From positions 6,690 through 70,689 of the forward strand of contig CACOPA010000002.1 in the NCBI GenBank assembly GCA_902628925.1: 64,000 nt of DNA, given 5' to 3'. This DNA comes from an uncultured SAR86 cluster bacterium (lineage in GTDB: Bacteria > Pseudomonadota > Gammaproteobacteria > Magnimaribacterales > D2472). This document shows positions 61,525 through 64,000 of this stretch, in pieces. The notes beneath the pieces were generated by a model. The model was given only the letters and a program-made list of their open reading frames with translations, was not told where the DNA came from and ran no database searches. How positions within the stretch are numbered: position 1 is the stretch's first letter; each line of letters starts with the position of its first letter. Made by a program: the position numbers and the translations under genes.

Positions 61525-62505
61525 TTGTCAGAAACTAAGTTCTCCCTTGAAAAAATAGCTAAGTTTTTAGAGGGTGAGCTAGAGGGAGATCCAAACGCAG
61601 AAGTCAATAATGTTTCAGGTATTGAAAACACAGTTTTGAATACTATTACTTTTTCAAATGATACTAAAACACTAAAAAAAGCTAAGAACTTTCTTGCAAC
61701 AGCTATCGTACTTCCTAAGGGTTTAGACTCAAGTATTTGTGAGAATGTAATCTATGTTGATGATCCATATTTTGCATTTGCAAGATTAACTCAGTTGTTT
61801 AAAGATCAAGTACAACCTTTCAGCCAAGGAAAAAGCTTTATACATGATTCATCATCAACTGGAGAGGGCACAGTTATTTCAAATAATGCATACATAGGTC
61901 AAGATTGTGAAATAGGTGACAATGTCTTTATAGGACCTAATGTATTTATTGGTAATAAATGTAACGTAGGATCAAAAACTATTATTCATGCAAACACATC
62001 AATCATTCAAGATGTAAACATTGGAGCTAATTGCATTATCCATTCAAACGTTTCTCTTGGTACTGATGGTTTTGGTTTTGCACCTTCTAAAAGTGGCTAT
62101 GAAAAGATTGAGCAACTTGGGGGATTGATTATTGGTGATAATGTTGAGATAGGCGCAGGTTGCACTATTGATAGAGGCGCGATAAATAATACCCATATCC
62201 ATAATGGCGTTAAATTAGATAATCAGGTACATATTGCTCATAATGTTATTTTGGGTGAAAACTCAGCAATTGCAGCATCATGTGCAATTGCAGGTTCAAC
62301 CATCATAGGAAAGAACTTACAGATGGGGGGACTTTCAGGAATTTTAGGCCATCTAAAGATTTGTGATGATGTTTTTGTTGGAGCTCACACTCTTATTACA
62401 AAAAGCATAAATAAGCCGGGTCAGTACATAGGAATAATGCCTGCTCAATCTCATAGTGATTGGGCTAAATCATCTGTTTTCATTCGCAAACGAAATAAAG
62501 ATTAA
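61525..62505 (+). CDS. lpxD: UDP-3-O-acylglucosamine N-acyltransferase
   Basis: TTG start. Left-handed beta-helix hexapeptide repeats and GFGFAP. Conserved position. Confidence 0.95.
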   Translation: MSETKFSLEKIAKFLEGELEGDPNAEVNNVSGIENTVLNTITFSNDTKTLKKAKNFLATAIVLPKGLDSSICENVIYVDDPYFAFARLTQLFKDQVQPFSQGKSFIHDSSSTGEGTVISNNAYIGQDCEIGDNVFIGPNVFIGNKCNVGSKTIIHANTSIIQDVNIGANCIIHSNVSLGTDGFGFAPSKSGYEKIEQLGGLIIGDNVEIGAGCTIDRGAINNTHIHNGVKLDNQVHIAHNVILGENSAIAASCAIAGSTIIGKNLQMGGLSGILGHLKICDDVFVGAHTLITKSINKPGQYIGIMPAQSHSDWAKSSVFIRKRNKD

Positions 62506-62506
62506 T

Positions 62507-62944
62507 ATGTACGATCTTGATCATATAAAGAAACATCTGCCACATAGGGACCCATTTTTATTGGTAGACAGAGTTATCGAAGTGGATCTTGGTAATAAAA
62601 TTCATGCTCAGTGGGACATAAAGCCTCAAGCTGATTTTTTTAGAGGACATTTTCCTGATAAACCAGTATTACCTGGAGTCTTAATTATTGAATCGTTAGC
62701 ACAAGCAGCTGGAATATTAGGCTTTATGACCATGAATAAGACACCTGAAGAGGGCAGCATCTATTATTTTGCTGGAGCAGACAAAGTTAGGTTTAGACAA
62801 CCCGTTGTCCCTGGAGAAGTCCTTGATCTATTCTCAGCAGTTGAAAGCGTCAAAAGTGGGATTTGGAAATTTAATTGTTATGCTGAGGTAGAGGGTAAAA
62901 AAATTTGTTCAGCCATGATATTGTGTGCTGATCGCCCTAAATAA
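62507..62944 (+). CDS. fabZ: 3-hydroxyacyl-ACP dehydratase FabZ
   Basis: LPHRDPFLLVDRV and HFPDKPVLPGVLIIESLAQ motifs. ATG 62507 lies 1 nt after the lpxD stop. The track start at 62456 overlaps lpxD. Confidence 0.97.
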   Translation: MYDLDHIKKHLPHRDPFLLVDRVIEVDLGNKIHAQWDIKPQADFFRGHFPDKPVLPGVLIIESLAQAAGILGFMTMNKTPEEGSIYYFAGADKVRFRQPVVPGEVLDLFSAVESVKSGIWKFNCYAEVEGKKICSAMILCADRPK

Positions 62945-62946
62945 CT

Positions 62947-63714
62947 ATGTCTGATCAATCTTTTATCCATCCAAGTGCCAAGGTAGATAGCTCAGCTACT
63001 ATAGGCCCGTTTTGTTTTATAGGCGAAGGCGTTACAGTTGGCCCAGAATGCGAACTAAAATCTCATGTTGTGATTAAAGGGCCAACATCCATTGGTCCCA
63101 AGAATGTTTTCTATCAGTTTTGCACAATCGGCGAGGATACTCCGGATAAAAAATATCAAGGTGAGAAGACAAATCTTCAAATTGGTGAAGGGAATATTTT
63201 TAGAGAAGGATTCACTGCTCATCGGGGAACAGTACAAGACAAATCAACTACTGTCATTGGTGACTACAACCTGTTTATGGCTTACTCTCATGTTGCTCAT
63301 GATTGTGTGGTTGGAAACAATAATGTCTTTGCAAATAATAGCGGCATAGCTGGACATGTAAATGTAGGAAATTTTGCTACGCTGGGTGCTGTTTCACTTA
63401 TCCATCAATTTTGTAATGTTGGCAGTTATGCATTTACGGGCCTTAACACGGTAATAACAATGGATATCCCAGCATTTGTAAAAGTTGCTGCTAATCCTGC
63501 TAGGCCTATAGGCCTTAACACAGTTGGGATGCAAAGAAATGGTTTTTCTGATGATGAGATAGCCGTTTTAAAAAAAGCATATCGAATTGTTTATCGAAAA
63601 GGTTACTCTTTAGAGGATGCCATTTCGTCTCTTAATGAATTAGACATTAATCAAAAAGGCCTTAAAGAATTTATTGCATCTGTTGAGCAATCCTCAAGAG
63701 GCTTATTGCGATAG
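62947..63714 (+). CDS. lpxA: acyl-ACP--UDP-N-acetylglucosamine O-acyltransferase
   Basis: IHPSAKVD N-terminus, hexapeptide repeats, VAHDCVVGNN, GLNTVGMQRNGFS. Confidence 0.97.
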   Translation: MSDQSFIHPSAKVDSSATIGPFCFIGEGVTVGPECELKSHVVIKGPTSIGPKNVFYQFCTIGEDTPDKKYQGEKTNLQIGEGNIFREGFTAHRGTVQDKSTTVIGDYNLFMAYSHVAHDCVVGNNNVFANNSGIAGHVNVGNFATLGAVSLIHQFCNVGSYAFTGLNTVITMDIPAFVKVAANPARPIGLNTVGMQRNGFSDDEIAVLKKAYRIVYRKGYSLEDAISSLNELDINQKGLKEFIASVEQSSRGLLR

Positions 63715-64000
63715 GTGCAAAGTTCTAAATTAAGAATTGGTATTATTTCTGCTGAAAAATCAGGTGACTATCTAGCAGCAAGCTTCATCGAGTCTTTGAA
63801 ATCCTCTGGCAGAGATTTTGAATTATTTGGGGTTGGCGGAAAGGAACTAGATAAATTTAATATTTCTAGACCCCAAGATTTTGATAGAGAAATTTTGAAT
63901 GTGATGGGAATTATTGACCCATTAAAGAACTTAAGGCAAATCTTAAGAGCTAGAAAACAAATACTTGATTTTTTAATTAGTAAAAATATTAATATTTTTA
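63715..64000 (+). CDS. lpxB: lipid-A-disaccharide synthase, 5' fragment (runs off the window)
   Basis: Not in the track. GTG 63715 right after the lpxA TAG. Open frame to the window end: RIGIISAEKSGDYLAASFIESLK...LNVMGIIDPLKNLRQIL matches the LpxB N-terminus. Confidence 0.85.
   Translation, partial: MQSSKLRIGIISAEKSGDYLAASFIESLKSSGRDFELFGVGGKELDKFNISRPQDFDREILNVMGIIDPLKNLRQILRARKQILDFLISKNINIF

Overview
This is a 64-kb window from an AT-rich, very compact chromosome with gammaproteobacterial gene content. Its synteny resembles Pseudomonas-type layouts, but any taxon assignment is inference only. About 98% of the window is core housekeeping DNA. The dominant feature is a ~29-kb uninterrupted plus-strand translation/transcription super-cluster. 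It runs tRNA-Tyr, tRNA-Thr, tuf, tRNA-Trp, secE-nusG, rplKAJL, rpoBC, rpsLG-fusA, then the S10, spc and alpha operons through rplQ. After it come uvrA/ssb, a crotonase, ispB-fabA-fabB, rplU-rpmA-obg, rpsT, an S9 peptidase and smpB-ssrA (tmRNA). Next are a membrane protein, an SNF transporter, ratA-ratB, bamE, fur, grpE-dnaK-dnaJ-dapB and rpsB-tsf-pyrH-frr-uppS-cdsA-dxr-rseP-bamA-skp-lpxD-fabZ-lpxA-lpxB (3'-truncated). I added features missing from the ORF track: rpmJ, the lpxB fragment, four tRNAs, tmRNA and a 20-codon micro-ORF. I corrected several over-extended track starts: msrA, rplJ, rplW, rpsE, rplQ, rplU, fur, bamA and fabZ. I see no CRISPR array, transposase, integrase or recognisable defence or toxin domain. 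The only accessory-looking DNA is the left 1.4 kb. It holds a translationally coupled orphan ORF module, a six-frame-stop palindrome and a G-rich repeat region, all abutting the 3' end of tRNA-Thr(UGU). It is cut by the window edge, so I treat it as a lead and not a demonstrated novel system. The other findings concern extreme compaction: convergent genes sharing stop codons, and loss of most ribosomal-operon leaders while the L10 and S2 leaders are kept. They also cover a start-codon-occluding palindrome, acidic tails on ribosomal proteins and unusual operon fusions. All promoter, structure and homology statements come from reading the sequence by eye and were not computed.
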